DNA of 64,000 nucleotides from Zygnema circumcarinatum SAG 698-1b (GCA_037447605.1 CM074807.1:1178001-1242000); one strand, 5' to 3'. Counted from the first letter of the stretch, positions 43,611 to 60,900 are shown. Translations and numbers: made by a program. The notes: generated from the letters alone by a model not told the origin.

Positions 43611-46293
43611 ATGGGTCTTGAGAGTCGGAAGCATTTCCGGAAGCGGAAAGCACATGAGGATGACGAAGATGACGATGATTCTGCAGACGTGAGGTGAGGG
43701 ATTTTAACTTGAAAGTTTCTTGCACCTCTAGGAGAAAAGGCGGTGTGGACCTTTTTGCAGAAACTGTTTGCTGTTCTCAGGAAATGGTGCAGACTCTGGT
43801 CTCATGTTGCGTATTGATTTGCTCAGGTCGACCGTGGAGGAGGTAAAGCTGCTGCAGCGCCAGCGGGAGCGCACGAAAGGCGTTGTGGCGGAACATTTAG
43901 CGCAGCCTGCAGCGCCGCCGAAGGCAGTCGCAGAGCAGGGACTCGCGGAGGAGGGGAATGAAGAGCTGGTGCTGCAGGACACGTTTGCGCAGGAGACGGC
44001 CGTCACTGTTGAGGATCCAAACATGTGAGCCACGAATCTTCGGCAACGGGCAGAAGGCAGTGGCTGCTCTCCGCAGGTCAGCTGTGTTGTGAGGATCACG
44101 CTTTGAACAGATATAGAATCACGATTTTCTAGTGAGGGTTGAGTCAGGGTTAAAGTTAGGATTAGGTTAGGGTTACGTTTAGGGTTAGGGGTAGGAGGGC
44201 TAGGATTAGGCTTAGGGTTAGATTTTGTGTTAGAGTCAGAAAGTTAAGCTATGGTAAGCTCCGCTGGTCGAGCTGTTATCAGAACAGGGCATTGGTTTCG
44301 TTTTCTAGGTTTGCGGCAGGGAATGCACGCTTCTACAAGTTGCCGAATATGGCGGTCGTTGTAAGGAGTTTTTCCTGATTTATTTTCGGAAGGACCTTAG
44401 AGAAGCTCCTGAAACTGATTGGCGTCTCCTTCGTATATTTCTGAAAATTGGGCCACTTACGGAGTTGTTCTAGGGGTTTGCAGGCTGAAGTATATTGAAC
44501 AGGAGCTAGCAAAGAAGAGAGGTGTGAACATCTCTAATGATAACAACGCGACACCAACTGAGGATGAGCTTTACGCAATACCTGAACACCTGAAGGTCTT
44601 ATTTTTGATCTTATCATTGCCCCTTCTGAGTTTCACCTCTCCGGATTTTCAACTTTAGCGATAGTGCCACAAAATTGTCTGGTGCTATGCTGCATCCGGG
44701 GCTTATGAGTTATGACTAGACCAGAAACATTACGTACAAGGCCAGTCGTGCTTGTCTGGTAGCTGGGAAGAAGTTAGTTTCCTTCGGTTTCATGTTCTGG
44801 GGGATAAACCTAGAAGCAGTCTGTAATTTCACTTTTTTGACCACATAGGAACAGAAAGTTAAGTTTTGTGCAATTCACCATTGAAGAATTGGCTGACTTT
44901 CGAGTGGTGCTACACTCCTACCTCGCATATTGTTTATGGAGGAAAGTTATTCGTGAGATGTCTTCCGGTCCCTGAAAGCAGTCTCATGCATTGTTGAACT
45001 TGGCCTGCAGCTCAACCAGTCTTGCATTTTCGATGCTATTGGTAGCAGGTGAAACGGTCCAGCAACGATGAAGGCTCCACAGCATGGACAACAGGAATTG
45101 CAGAAATTCAGTTGCCAATTGAGTAAGTTCTTAATCCATTTTATACAGAGGTTGCAGAATGGTTCCAACACTTCGTACATATTTAAAGACGGAGTTATGT
45201 TCGTCGATGTTTTTTGGATGATTGTTATGTTCACGTTTGTTATGACAAGAAGAAAAGCCAGCTTAAGAAAAAGAAGAAGTCAATTAGGGGCGCAGTCGCT
45301 AGGCGCCTGAATGCATTCTACGGTGTGCATGCACTTGCAGTGTTCTGATGCCAAGGACTGGAACAGGCAGATACAGGGAAGAGAGTGAAGGAGAGGGAGA
45401 GACGAACCGTTTGCATTGAACATAACTTGTCTCATGCACTTGAGGCATCTTCAGTTTCTGGGTTTCTTCAGAGCTTGTTGGGTCTATTGACGGAAAGGAG
45501 CCCGTCCTTTCTGAGGACCTGACAAGCGACCTGTGGTTGGATGAATTCCGGAACTTTCCGTTCTAAGATCGCCATGTTTGGCTCTCCTTTGTGGTGCAGG
45601 TACAAAGTGAAGAACATTGAAGAGACGGAAGCCGCAAAGAAGGCCCTGCAAGAGAGGCGCCCTTTTGTGGGCCGTGGAAGGTACGAAGCCTTCGTTCTCC
45701 CTTCCATTCTGTCAACGTATGACTGCATTCGTTGCTGGCCAACAGAACACGTTCACTTTTTTCATTGTTCCTCTCTGAATCTCCTCTCTCCCTCTCGTCT
45801 CCCTCCTGTCTCACTGATCCCAAACGCATGTGTGCTGTACCGTTGTGGCGATGCATTCATCCAGAGCACCACAGACGACTCTTCCTGCAAGCTATAGTGC
45901 AGACTACTTTCAGAGGGGCCGAGAATACGCAGAGAAGCTTCGTCGAGGTGAGGAAGCTCTTCCACATTACTCTCTGAAATTCCTACAAAAAACCCAGCCG
46001 TGAAACCATGCATTGTCTCCGGAAGTTTCCACGAAACCCTAAAAGGCCTCACTCAATGTTTTTGATGTTGTGTGGGGAGTGCAGAGCACCCAGATTTGTA
46101 CAAAGATAACCAGCATGGCAGTGGAAAGGGGACCCAAGCCATGGCCGGAGCTCCGGGACCGGCTGCCCCTGCTGGTTTTCAGGGCGACCCTCAAGGAGAG
46201 GGAGCGTCTGGAAACAGCAGAAGGCAGGCAGCCACAGATGAGATTATGTTGGAACGCTTTCGGAAGCGTGAGCGTAATAGGCTGCGAAGATGA
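43611..46293 (+). CDS. CSU2: HCA59/C9orf78 family protein, COP1 SUPPRESSOR 2-like
   Basis: Exons 43611-43693, 43827-44024, 44484-44595, 45049-45122, 45600-45680, 45865-45947 and 46085-46293 are GT-AG and in frame. Motifs: DTFAQET..DPNMLKYIEQEL, EDELYAIPEHLK, WTTGIAEIQLPIEYKVKNIEETEAAKK, SYSADYFQRG, RQAATDEIMLERFRKRER. Confidence 0.92.
44133..44221. repeat. Intronic degenerate telomere-like repeats
   Basis: TTAGGGTTA, TTTAGGGTTAGGGG and TTAGGGTTAG units. Confidence 0.7.
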
Positions 46294-47461
46294 GACCCTT
46301 TCCAGGAAGGGGAGCATAGGAATTGTCCTTGGAGGGTGGTGGTGTCAGATAGGGAGAGAGTGTTGATCAATGTGGGTTTGTTTTGCGTTGAAGAGTAGCG
46401 GCAGCGTGGGAGATGGGGGAGACAAACAGAGCCAGAGAGTGGAGGAGAGAGGGATGGTGGACATAGAAATCAGATGGATCAAATCATTCTCCTTATTTTG
46501 GCTCTCAGCCTTCTCCTCGAGAGCACCCCCGACTTCCAAGTGGGCGTGGTTGGCTTTGGTCGTGCAGGAACCAGTCATGGAGATGAAGAGCCGCATGCCT
46601 TGGATGCATGGCATCACCCCCATGTGCATGCGCATGCAAAGGGCCCATGCCACCATGCCCCCATACGACTACTCATGCATGCATGCATGCATGTGCATGT
46701 GTAACATGGCCTAGAGCCGATCAGACGTCTCTCACCGGAGTCACCGCTCTCTTTTTTTTTTTAGCGGGCACCTTCGGGCAGCCGTTGTCCGTACGGCAAT
46801 GTCGGAAGGCCTCGTTCCTGTCCTTGCTTGCACAGCACCGTACGATCCTGACTTCCGAATCGAGCCGCGGAAGGGAAAAACAAAAGGAATTCGATCGTGG
46901 TTTGGCGCGCGTCCCCGGGCGGCTGCTGGCCGCTGGAGGGCCCAGTGCGAGACTTCAGGGGGGGTTCAAGTGGCTCCCTCCGCTCGCCGTCCGCTTCGTG
47001 TCAACCAGAAAGGAGCAGCATATCGACACCCGTAGACACGCGGTATATCGTATCTTTTCATATCGTTATGTGAAATGTCGTGAATATATCGCGCCACAAA
47101 AATCCACAAAGGCGGTACAGTACGACGGTACCGTACTTCCATCCCGATACCGTACTTCATATCGTACTGGTCGGTATTCGGGGATTAGTCAAGTCAAGCC
47201 AGTCAGCAAGTGATCAAAGCGCAAGCTTGAGAGGGTTGAGGTTTTCCGCTGCCAGAACGTGCTCTGAACCCCGCCCGCCCGCCGGGGTCCTGAACTCGGG
47301 CGCGCGCCCTCTAGTTGGCGGCCGGGCCGCGCGGTCGCGCAGTAGCGCGGCAGCACGAGACGGGGGCGGAACGCGCGCCTGCTACTGCTGCTGCTGCAGC
47401 GGCTGGAGCTGGAGCTGCGGTGGCGTCGCAGACTCGTTTGGTGGAGATCAGAAAGGGGGCA

Positions 47462-49162
<1,701 letters not shown>

Positions 49163-50115
49163 TCCTACACTCGCATACGATATGCTGCGGGAGATCAGTT
49201 TTTTGAGGATACCTGTTTCACCTGTGTTGAGTATTAGGTTGCTCATCTTGAGCTATTTTTTCTATTTTTCATTTCTTAGCTTGAAGCTTCAAGCTGGCAG
49301 CTGTCCCTTATCTGTTTCCTAAAGATGTGTGGAGATGCGATGTACATAATAGTTTCTAGTACTGTAGTTGTTGGCAATTAAGCCAAGGGTCTTTAGTTGA
49401 TTAAAATTGCAATTTGTGGTGGCAGGGTCCGACCAACTGTTTATATTTTAGGATGTGAAGATGATCACCATTCTGCATTTCTTACTGCTGGCTGTTCACT
49501 TGTTTGAGTTTTAAGAGAATTGTGATTGATCCTTGTGATTGAAAAAACTGGACTCCAGGCTTTCAGAAAGAAAAATAATCAGCGCCTTATGGTCCAAACA
49601 ACTGCGCGCTCTCAAGTGCATTGCATTGAACCCAGTAACTGAACAAAATTAAAGATTGTACCACACAACCAGGCTCCTCTCAGTTTGGGAGTAAAGCAGC
49701 GTGTTTCAATCTTTCCTGAACAAAACACTCTTCTGGAAAAATCGTCATCTAACGCCTCTTGAAACACGGAAATGGACCTGCACAATCTCCAAATGCAAAA
49801 GTTCTCGATCCAAAGCGTCACAGCCACGACTGCATGCACGATGCTCTCTAAGAACACTTAATATAATAAATAATAATTATAATATTTTTCCAAAATCACA
49901 AAGACGGTCGCAGAGGAGGATGATCTTAGGTGCCTGAACTCGTGATGCAGGGCAGATGCCAGGCACTTCGTTCTCGTTAGGAGGAAGGTGGCGTATGCTG
50001 TCGATTCTTTCAACTACAGAATCTGCCGAAACCTTAGCAGAAGAAGAAGACGCGAAGAAGCTCATCACTGGTGTCTCATGCTGCTGATTTGTTTTTTGCT
50101 TTTCTGAAGGACAAG

Positions 50116-51708
<1,593 letters not shown>

Positions 51709-52299
51709 GAGGGCTGGGAAGGTCCATGCATTATAATCCTTTTAGATTATAATTAAAGTTCATTTTGTTTAACATAAGGCCACTTTAGTACAACGCTATG
51801 GATAGCTGTACGCTGTTTAGATGGCTAGATTTCACAAGTCGAGATGGCCAGACCCGTAGAATAGGACAAAATCTAAAAGGAGGCAAAGTTTAGAGCCCCG
51901 GCTCTCTTTTTTCACCCTTTCAATGTACTTTGGGCGACGCTATCTCCAAACCCGCGCTGCTAAAATGTATGAACGAAAGTTAGTCTGGGTACAAGTTGAT
52001 GGGCGCACTGTACTGCCTTGGTTGGGGTTTTACTGTGAGGGCTTTTTGGTTTGGTTCTCAATAGGGTCCATTTTAGCAATAATAACGTAATGCTCAGCAT
52101 TTTCATTTTTTTTTTCCATGCTATTAGAGGACACATGCACAGTAGTACTGAAGGTCTGTACTGTACGGAAGGTTCTTAAACGACATTGAACTGCAACTGA
52201 AGCTGAACTACACGACACACGTTCCAATGGAAGGTTCCCTAACGGCCACATGGAACTCCAGTTCAGATGCCATGCCTACCTGCAGCGCTGTGGTGTGAC

Positions 52300-52530
52300 G
52301 TGGCGGGCCGTTCGGCCAGCCCCCGTCGCACGCTGTCGCCGGCGCTTTGCGCGCTCCCATTGGCGGAGGACGTGCGGGCGATGTCGTGCGACGTCGCCCG
52401 GGCGCCCTCCGACTAGCGCTCCGCCCGCGGCCACGTCGCCGACGCGGCGCCACGCACCGCCGAAGGTACCCGCTCGAGCGCAAGCCAGTCCGGGGGTACC
52501 ACGTGGACATGTGTTGCTGACGTGGGAGGT
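52300..52530 (+). promoter_or_regulatory. ELIP proximal promoter with G-box and C/G-box motifs
   Basis: CACGTG at 52500-52505, TGACGTGG at 52518-52525, and additional ACGT cores. These motif types are known in light/stress-induced ELIP promoters. Confidence 0.5.
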
Positions 52531-52737
52531 TGTGATTGGTCCAACTTTGGCATGAGACTCTGGAGCCTCCCCGAGAGGGTTGGAAAGCGAAGAGAGGGAG
52601 GTGAAGATAGAGAGGAGACAGAAAAGATAGGAGCTTGGTGGCCGTTGACAAAGGAGGCAAGGAGAAGCAGGATTTTTTAGGGTTTCTCAGGCAGGGGAGG
52701 AGGAGCAGCAAGAGGCAGGAGGTGGTAAGGGGAAGAC

Positions 52738-54560
52738 ATGGCGCAGACGATGCAGTTCATCTCCTCGCAGGCGACTTGCAGGAGCGTGTACTCCGGGCTG
52801 AGGCAGGTGGAGGCAGCCAGTTCGGGAAATGGTCCTGCAGGAGTGCCCTTCGGCTCTAGTAGAAAAACGACTTGGAGGAGAGAACAGGTCTCTAGGACTG
52901 TTCGGTGTGCAGCTCCCAAGAAGGTGAGGAGGGGGGGGAGGAGAGGGAGGGACATTGGACAACTGGTTATGGAACATTGTTGTTAAGCTGGCATTTTTCG
53001 GAGCAAATTGTATCAAATTGATGGTTTTCTGGTGCGTTTGCTGCAGGTATCTGCTCCAGAGGCAGCGCAGCCAGCAGTAACGACGCCTGCCTCCAAAGCA
53101 GATAGCATTGGAACATTTGGAGATCTTATGGCTTTCAGGTGAGCATTTCCCAGAAATTTATGCCGCAGTGTCTGCAGTAAATTCCTCCGTCCAGAGATAG
53201 TGTCTTTTGGACGAGCTATATTGAGTGGCAGTCCGAGCTGGGGAACTTTTCTTAAAGTTGGTGAATGAAGTGATGTTATATCGTGAATATCGTGCTGAGT
53301 CGGAAGCGGCTCTGGTGTTCGAGCCTCTTTGTATTGCACGTGCGGTTCTCTGTCTGAGCAGTGCTATTCGGACAAGTTTTTTATGCTGGTTCTCGCTGTC
53401 GAATAGGTTGCACATTTCGTTTGTAAAGCCCCGAATTCCAAATTCTCTACTTTTCGCACCTCATAGAACCTATCCGCCATGTCCACGAATTGAACCCGTT
53501 TTGTAATTCAGCCAGTGTCTTCTGATCGATAGTTCGGTTATGGCTCTTTCTGTGGGGGAGATCTGTGACTGTGAAACGTTAAATGAGGAATTCTGTAGAA
53601 CTGCAGTTTTTCGGAAGTTAAATTAAGGTAGCTCGCGAGGGACCTCTGGCAGCACCGTAAAGCAAGGACCTGCAGCGTAGGAGAATCACATACCAATCGC
53701 CACAACTCTTGCGTGTTTTTCTGCAGTGGTTCTGCGGACCGGGAATTTATCAACTCCAAATTGATGCTTCTGGGTTTTGTCGCCACTGTGGCCACTCCAT
53801 TATCAGCAGAGCTGACAGCTCCTTTGTTCGCAAATTATGCCTGCCAGTACCTCAATCTTTGGAGCAGCTTAATGCTCACTCTATGAATGTCTGAGGGTCG
53901 AGCTTGAGCTTGGATCAGTTCCTTTCTGGGTCTTTTTTCGGGTGTAAGTAGCCGTGTCTCAGTAAGTGGAAGTTAGAGGTTATCTCCGTCGGAGCAGTGT
54001 GGGAGACTGAAGGTCTCTGCCCGGACCTTACATGTACAGTAGTATTTAGGGCGGCTTTCAGCGGCTTAAAACCCTGTTTGTGGATACTCATTTATTGATG
54101 AATAAAGAAACGACCTTCATTGACTCTTCAGGGGTGTTCTTCTTCTTTTTTCTCCCCCCTGCCCGTTTCCATTTCCGTTTCCGTCTGTAGTGGCCCAGCT
54201 CCTGAGGTCATCAATGGCAGATTAGCCATGTGGGGGTTTGCTGCGGCAGCCATTTCCGAGCTCACTGAAGGACGCACCATTGGAGAACAGTTCCTCTCCT
54301 CCCCAGCTGGCCCAATCTCCTTCGCTCTCTTCGTAACCCTCGGCTCTTTCATTCCCATCTTCATTTCTGAAGTCTCTCTTGGTGAGCTCCTGGACACGGC
54401 CACCGAGTCGGGGATGCCCCCGCAGTTGAAGTATGCGAATGCTTCTGTGGAGAAGTGGACTGGGAGAGTGGCAATGCTGGCCTTTCTGATCTTTATTCTC
54501 ATAGAGGCATTCGCAGGGAAAGCGACCTTCAGTGTGTTGAAGGGCCTGGTGGGCTTGTAG
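52738..54560 (+). CDS. ELIP: Early light-induced protein (three-helix LHC-like)
   Basis: Exons 52738-52923 (transit peptide), 53047-53138 and 54191-54560. DLMAFSGPAPEVINGRLAM is the ELIP hallmark; the third helix reads EKWTGRVAM. Confidence 0.9.
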
Positions 54561-56769
54561 ATGCTAGTGACTTTAGGGAGAAGGTAGGCGTTTTGGTTCT
54601 TTTTTATAATCTTTTGTGAGGAGCAGTTCTGTACTGAAGTTAGAGTTCGAGGTTTCAGAGTAGTTTGTCGTTTCCGATGTGTAGGAAGTGCTGTAGCTGG
54701 CCGGCAGAGGAGGCAGTTTTGGTAACTTTGAGAGGTAGGGAAAAGGGGAGAGTGGCAGAGTTGAGTACTGTGATGGCTATTCTGACCGTTCACTAGCAGG
54801 AAGAATTCGCGGAGTGATAAATCGGCTGATTGGTGGGGAATTTTGCCGCATGTTTTGAAGTAATAGCATTAATCTTCCATTTGTGCAGAAGCGTACTTGT
54901 CTGTGCAAGGGAAAAAAACTGCAATTGCTATTTTTTTTATTGAAAATCTGTATATGACAAATGAAAAATATGTATGGAAGCAATCTATTTTGCAATAACG
55001 TTGGCGAAAAGCATCTTCTGACGATGACTTCGTACCTTGCCGGAAAAAATGGTGTAAACTCAATACAAACCTTTCTGTCAACGCTGGAAATATTCACAAG
55101 ACGACTACTTCAGACAAATTCCTTTCCAACCTTGTCGATACCTCAACATCTCTTCAATATGACGTTTACTGTACATAACAAAATGTCGACCATTACCAAT
55201 TATTTTTTAGAAACTTACCTACATTTAATGCCACTTCTGACAATCATTGCACTATACGTCCAATGCTTAATACACTTTTACAAACCGATGCACATGCCAA
55301 ATTGATACGCAACCGGATGAAAAACACAGATTTAACCATGTTCTCCTTCCCTCGTCTGACTCAATCCCGAGAAAATTGGCAAACCTTCTTTAAGGGCACT
55401 TATTCTTAGCTTTCGCGTTTAGGGATCGTAACCAGGATTCGAAATGTTTACAAATCTGATCTTCATTCGAAAACCGTACGAAGATCGATTTTGATTACAA
55501 ACTCCCGCACCAACTTACCAATGCTTACCAACTAAGAAGTGAGCCCCCCAAATGACTACATCAGCCGTGCGGCCCAGGAAGTTTACAGCCAAGTTTTGGA
55601 ACATGTATGTCTCAGTCCTCAATAGGGGAAAAGTGTCGAAACCATCGGAAAAACTAAGGAGGTACTTTCCCGCCTTTTTCATATCTTGAAAGTACGCAGA
55701 AAAGTAATGAAATACCATGAAGTTCGAAGCACTACAGAGAAGCGCCGAGAGAGAGAGATGAAAGAGATGGTCACACATCTCAAACTAGCGAACAACAGAA
55801 AGCCGAGCATGAGAATCCTCGGGTGCCATTGAACTAAAGCGGGAAAAAAAGTGAACTAAGAAGCCCGGTGCGGATAAGTCCACTTTTCAGACATTTCAAG
55901 GAGCTGTGTGACTCTATTGTTGATTCTGACACCGCTGAAAAGTAATGATGATGATGCGAAACATGTCGCGACAGCTTCCAGACGGTTCGCGGTGTGGAAC
56001 TAAATCTCTCAGGCCCTCATGAGGGGGAAGAAGCAAAGGCTAAATGGGAATGGGGGCATGAGGAATGAGGCATGGCGGCTGGCTCGCCATACATCCATGT
56101 TTTGTAGGTCAGGCGCAAAGTATTCAAAAAAAAAGGACGAGGTGCAGACCTGAGGCTCTGTGCTGAGCGGACCATGCCTCGCGCTGAAGCTCAAATCCAA
56201 GTACAGAGGAGCAGGATGACAGCTGGAGATGAGCGGGTGGCTGACGTAAATCACATAACTTCATATACATCCCGAACGCATGTGAATTGACTCCATATCT
56301 GGAGGTGTAATGTCCCTTGCAATTAATGCACGGATGGAGCAGCAGGAGGATGGATTGCTGTGAGTATACTGCAACTATAACAGACGTGAACTGCGCGTTT
56401 TTCACGGCCTTCGGCACAGTTCCTTGTTCCACCGCACATGCCTGACAACTATGCTTGCCTTGCCCTACACCTGCACGCTCTCTGAATCTACCGCGCCCGC
56501 TCGTCCTCTCCCCCTGCCAATCTTTGCCTACCTGCTACCGCTTTCTTCCCACCCCTCTCTCTGCCTCTTTCCGTGTGCCGTACCTGCAATCTCCTGCCCT
56601 AATTTCCCCTTCCCTCGTCCTCCTCCCACTCTTCTCTACATGAAGTGCCCTCCTCCGTCCCCCAAGCACGAGGCCGTACACCGCCATGGCTCCGCCAGCA
56701 CCGTCTCATCCGCCGCCCGCCATGGCACCTTTCCCTATCCCCCCGGCCCCTCCGCCTACTGCGGACAGG

Positions 56770-57500
56770 CGTGCCGGGCCGGCCACGTGAGCGGCTGCCA
56801 GCGCGCCACGTGGCCGCCCGCGCGGGCCAGCGCGGGCCGCAGGTCAGCGGGGGCGCCCATTGGCTGCCGCCACGCCCCCCCTCCTACGCAACTCTGGGCC
56901 GTCCGATGCAGCCTCCGCGCGCGCGCAAATCTGGAACGTCCATTGCACGTGGATCGATCGCGAGACGGTCCCCTCCGCGCGCGGGACGTGGGCGGGGCAG
57001 GCTGGACGGGAAGAATTATTGGGGCAGACCCGTACGAATTCCGGGCAGCATGAAAATAACTTCATTTTGCGCCCCTCCGAAATCAACCTCCCGGAACGGC
57101 CTGCGGCGCCCCTCGCCGCGGCTGGTCCCCGTTCCATGTGTCCTGTCCAACCGCGAACCGTTCTGTGCCACGGCAACTATCTCTTGCGCCCGTCCGCGCT
57201 CTCCCATTGGCCCGTCCCCCGCAATCCCCGCTGCCGTTCCTTGTCCCCATCCGTCCGTTCCCAACTGAACGCTCCGCCGCGCCCATAGAACCCCCCGGCC
57301 CTGAACCCCGCCGCTCCCCGGAAATATCTGAAAAGATACTCCGCGGCGCGAGGCCCCCCAGCCAGGAGGGCCCGATCGCTTTTAGGATCTTTTGCGTGGC
57401 GCCCATTGGCCGAGGGCCCGCCCAGGGCGCCACGTCAGCGTGAACCGGGCCGCCGATCCCGGCGGAGGCCAGGTCGGGGCGCCACGTGGCAGCGGTTGGG
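56770..57500 (+). promoter_or_regulatory. PRR promoter with four G-boxes and an evening-element core
   Basis: CACGTG at 56784, 56807, 56946 and 57483; AAATATCT at 57322-57329. Confidence 0.55.
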
Positions 57501-57958
57501 CCGGTGGACCAACGGCGGCGCGGATTAAGATCTGCCGGCGACCCTGCCGGCCGGAAGACTGGCCAATCTGCCGGCCGGCGCCGACGAACTTGCGGCCCAG
57601 AACGCGAGCCGTGTGGGCGCCTTCCCACCGTCCGATGGTCTAATCGGACGGTTTTGAGGGCCTCCCGCCCGCGGAATATCGCGGGCCGGCGCAATCTTTT
57701 TCTGGGCCCTCGCGTGCCGAAATCTTTTCCTCGCTCGGTACTCGCCCTCGCGCGGACCGAATCGCTGCCCGAACTTTTCGCGGGGGATTTTTTTTGGGGC
57801 CCGGCAGGCTCTGGGAGCTAAGGGGCAGGGGGGGGCCTGGGGAGTTGCTTTACGGCTATCTGGCAGGCAGGCTCAGAGAGGGAGAGAGGGAGGGAGATCT
57901 TACAGGTGCTCGCTCTACCACACAAGGTGGAAGCAGACGGAGGATAGAAGGTGGAGCC

Positions 57959-60900
57959 ATGGCGGGGGAGTATACAGGGAAGGACAGCGGGGGTGAGGAG
58001 CAGGAGTGGGACGGGGGAACCGGCATGGCGGAAGGGGGGGGGGAGCAGGAGGTCATGCGGAAGCTGCGCAAGATAACGTTCATTCAGAGGGGTGAGGACG
58101 ACGAGGCAGAGGTCGAGCAGGTGCGGATGGAGCTCGACCGGGAGTGCAGCCGCGGGCGGTTGGTCGGACAGGGCAGCAGCGAGGAGGAGCTGGCGGAGGA
58201 GGACGTGGCGGAGGAGGCGGAGGGGGGGGATGCGGACGGTGGGGCGCGGTGGGAGAGCTTCCTGCCGCAGAGGCACCTGCGCGTGCTGCTCGCTGAGGAC
58301 GACGACTCCACGCGCCACGTGGTGGGCGCGCTGCTGCGCAACTGCAGCTATGAAGGTGCGCCTCCGCTTGCAGCCGGGTGAAGGGAGGGAGAGGGGGATG
58401 GGGATGGGGATGGGGGAGTTTTTGTTCGGATGTTGGGGAAGGGGGCGGGGGGTGGGAAGGTGGGTTTGTTTACTTGCGTTTGTCGCGTGGAGAGATGAAA
58501 GATAGAAGGGTAGTGGGGATTGTATCAGGCGCTGGTAGGAACGGAGAAGCTGGGGGTGGAGGGGGAGGGGAGTGGAAATTCTGTGAAGGAAGTAGGCTTG
58601 AGGTGATAGGAGGCGGGGGAATGGAGCCAATGGGAAAGGGCTGCAGGGGAGGAGGAGGAGGCAGGAATGAGGGAAGGGAGGAGGGAGGAGAAGGAGGTGG
58701 AGCCTCTGGTTTAGAGATGTGTACACGCCCTGAATGAGGAAGTAATAGTGGAAGAGTGGACTGGAAAAGCCGCCCCCTTTGAGAAGAAATAGTGCTTTGG
58801 GTCGACTTTTCTGTATGGGTCGGACGTGAGATGCGTCGGAGAAAGCTCTCTAGATATCTGGAGAACACATGTGGCAAGATGTGAGTTATGCGGGAATGCA
58901 GGAGAGGTCTCCTGGAGCATAGTAATAGAGGACTACACATGCTGAAGACAGCCAAGGACTTGGGAACCGGTAATAGCAGCTAGTAGAGGGGTAGCCGCAT
59001 AGTAGTTGCTTGCAGGGACCAAAGCAGGAGGAAGCAGCAGTAGAAAGCAGGAGGAGACGCGCTACCTGTAGTGCATAGCTACTTTTCAGCCATATTTGGA
59101 GGCCTACAGCCACAGACGATAGCTTCCAACTTTGACGAGAATCTGGATATTGGGATTGCAACAAAGCAGGATAGATATGTATAGGATATCAGGTGCAGGT
59201 GTTGCAGGCCGACGACTACCGATGCAGTTAGCGTTACACGTCATTCCGCTTTCCAGCGGAGGAGCTGTTTCTTCTGGAGAGGTGGAATGAGAGCTGCGTC
59301 TGATGAGTTAATCTGACAGAAGATGCTGACATGGTCTCTGCTTTGATGTGAATGTGCAGTTACTCCTGCCTCGAACGGTCTCCATGCATGGGAGCTTTTG
59401 GAATCCGGACATCATCAGTTTGACCTCGTTCTCACCGATGTGGTCATGCCGGGCCTCTCGGGAATAAGCCTTCTCTCGAAGATTATGGCGGAGGAGTCGC
59501 ACAAGAGAGTTCCTGTTATCAGTACGTGCAAACCCACCTTTTGGTTTCAGCAAACGCAGGACAGTGAATGGTTCTGTCAGAACTGACAGTCAGGATGGTT
59601 GCAGAGATGCAGACAGAGCTTGCGGCTGTGATGTGATCGGAGATGTGGGTCTGACTGAATGTGGGCTCTGTTGTGTCTGACGTGCAGTGATGTCTTCACA
59701 TGACTCCATGGACATGGTGCTCAAGTGTTTCCAAAAAGGAGCATCTGACTTCCTTGTGAAGCCGGTGCGGAAAAATGAGTTGAAGAATCTCTGGCAGCAT
59801 GTCTGGCGAAAGTGCAACAGCGTAAGTCTCTCCTCTTTCCTGTGGCAATGAAGTATCTGCAGAGATAAGATTGAATTTTCCTTCCAATGCGTAGCACTTG
59901 GTGACTGTTGATAAGAGATGTGTGGCAGTATTGACTCGGGGACATTGTGGGCTTTTTCTGCAGTCAAGCGGGAGCGGGAGTGGGAGTGGTAGCCAAACGG
60001 AGAAAGTGAATCGTCCAAAGAGCCATGTGGGGTCCGGAAATGCTTCGGGGAATGGGAGTGCGGACGGAGGGAGGAGTGGGAGTGGGAGTGGGAGCACCTC
60101 TAATGCTCAGGGAGGGAGCGATAACGGTAGCGGAACGCAGGTGGGTTTCCCTTCAGTGGTCATTTTCGTTCGTCCGGCAGCATCTCTATGCCTGTTTCTT
60201 CGTACCGAAAAAGTACTGACGATGAAATGTTTGTTTGCAGATGGATGCTCCGCCATTACAGAAAAGTGATAAGAGGCCGAAATGCCGCAATGACGAGGCG
60301 ACTGCAGGAGACTCCAAGGAACACAAGCACGGTGAGGAGAGAGAGAGGGAGGGAGGGAGGCACTCGGATGTGTGCATGCTGTGGAATGCGAAATGGAGAG
60401 AGCGAGAGTGTGCGTGTGTGATAGCGAGTGAGAGTGTGAACGAATCTGATTCAGATGAAAATCTCGAATCCTAACGATATTTTGCCGGTTGGTGTGTGTT
60501 CTTTGTTTTCCAGATGTGGCTTTAGGGAAGGGTTTGGAAATGGGTCCCCCTCGGAGCAGAGCAGCAGGCAATCCCACAGAGGAGGAAGAGCAGGAGGATG
60601 GTACACCGGAGGGGCCTTCTTTGTCTCCCTCTCCGTTAGACCGTCCGTTGAGCGATGACGGAGAAGCCATGGAAACCGGGGATACAAGCACTCCCGAGAT
60701 TGAAGCATCTCCTCCTCCCGTGGAAGCCATAGATTTGCTCGGGAATGTTGGCAGCCACCACGTGAACTTAGGGAGGGGGAGTGGAGAGGGAGGGGTGAAG
60801 GAAGTGAAGGAGGAGGAGGAGAGCGAGAGGGGAGCGGAGGCAAGGGAGGTATTAATGGATAGGGGAGGGAGCAATAGTCCTAATGCGGAGACGGAGACTC

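Noticed and set aside
44133-44221. Possible true telomere or chromosome-fusion site
   Set aside because: Short, degenerate and inside an intron of an intact gene.
47315-47461. Upstream extension of NATA1 copy 1
   Set aside because: It starts at TTG; the ATG at 47462 aligns with the start region of copy 2.
55515-55778. 87-aa protein-like minus-strand ORF
   Set aside because: No recognisable domain, splice context or partner exons.
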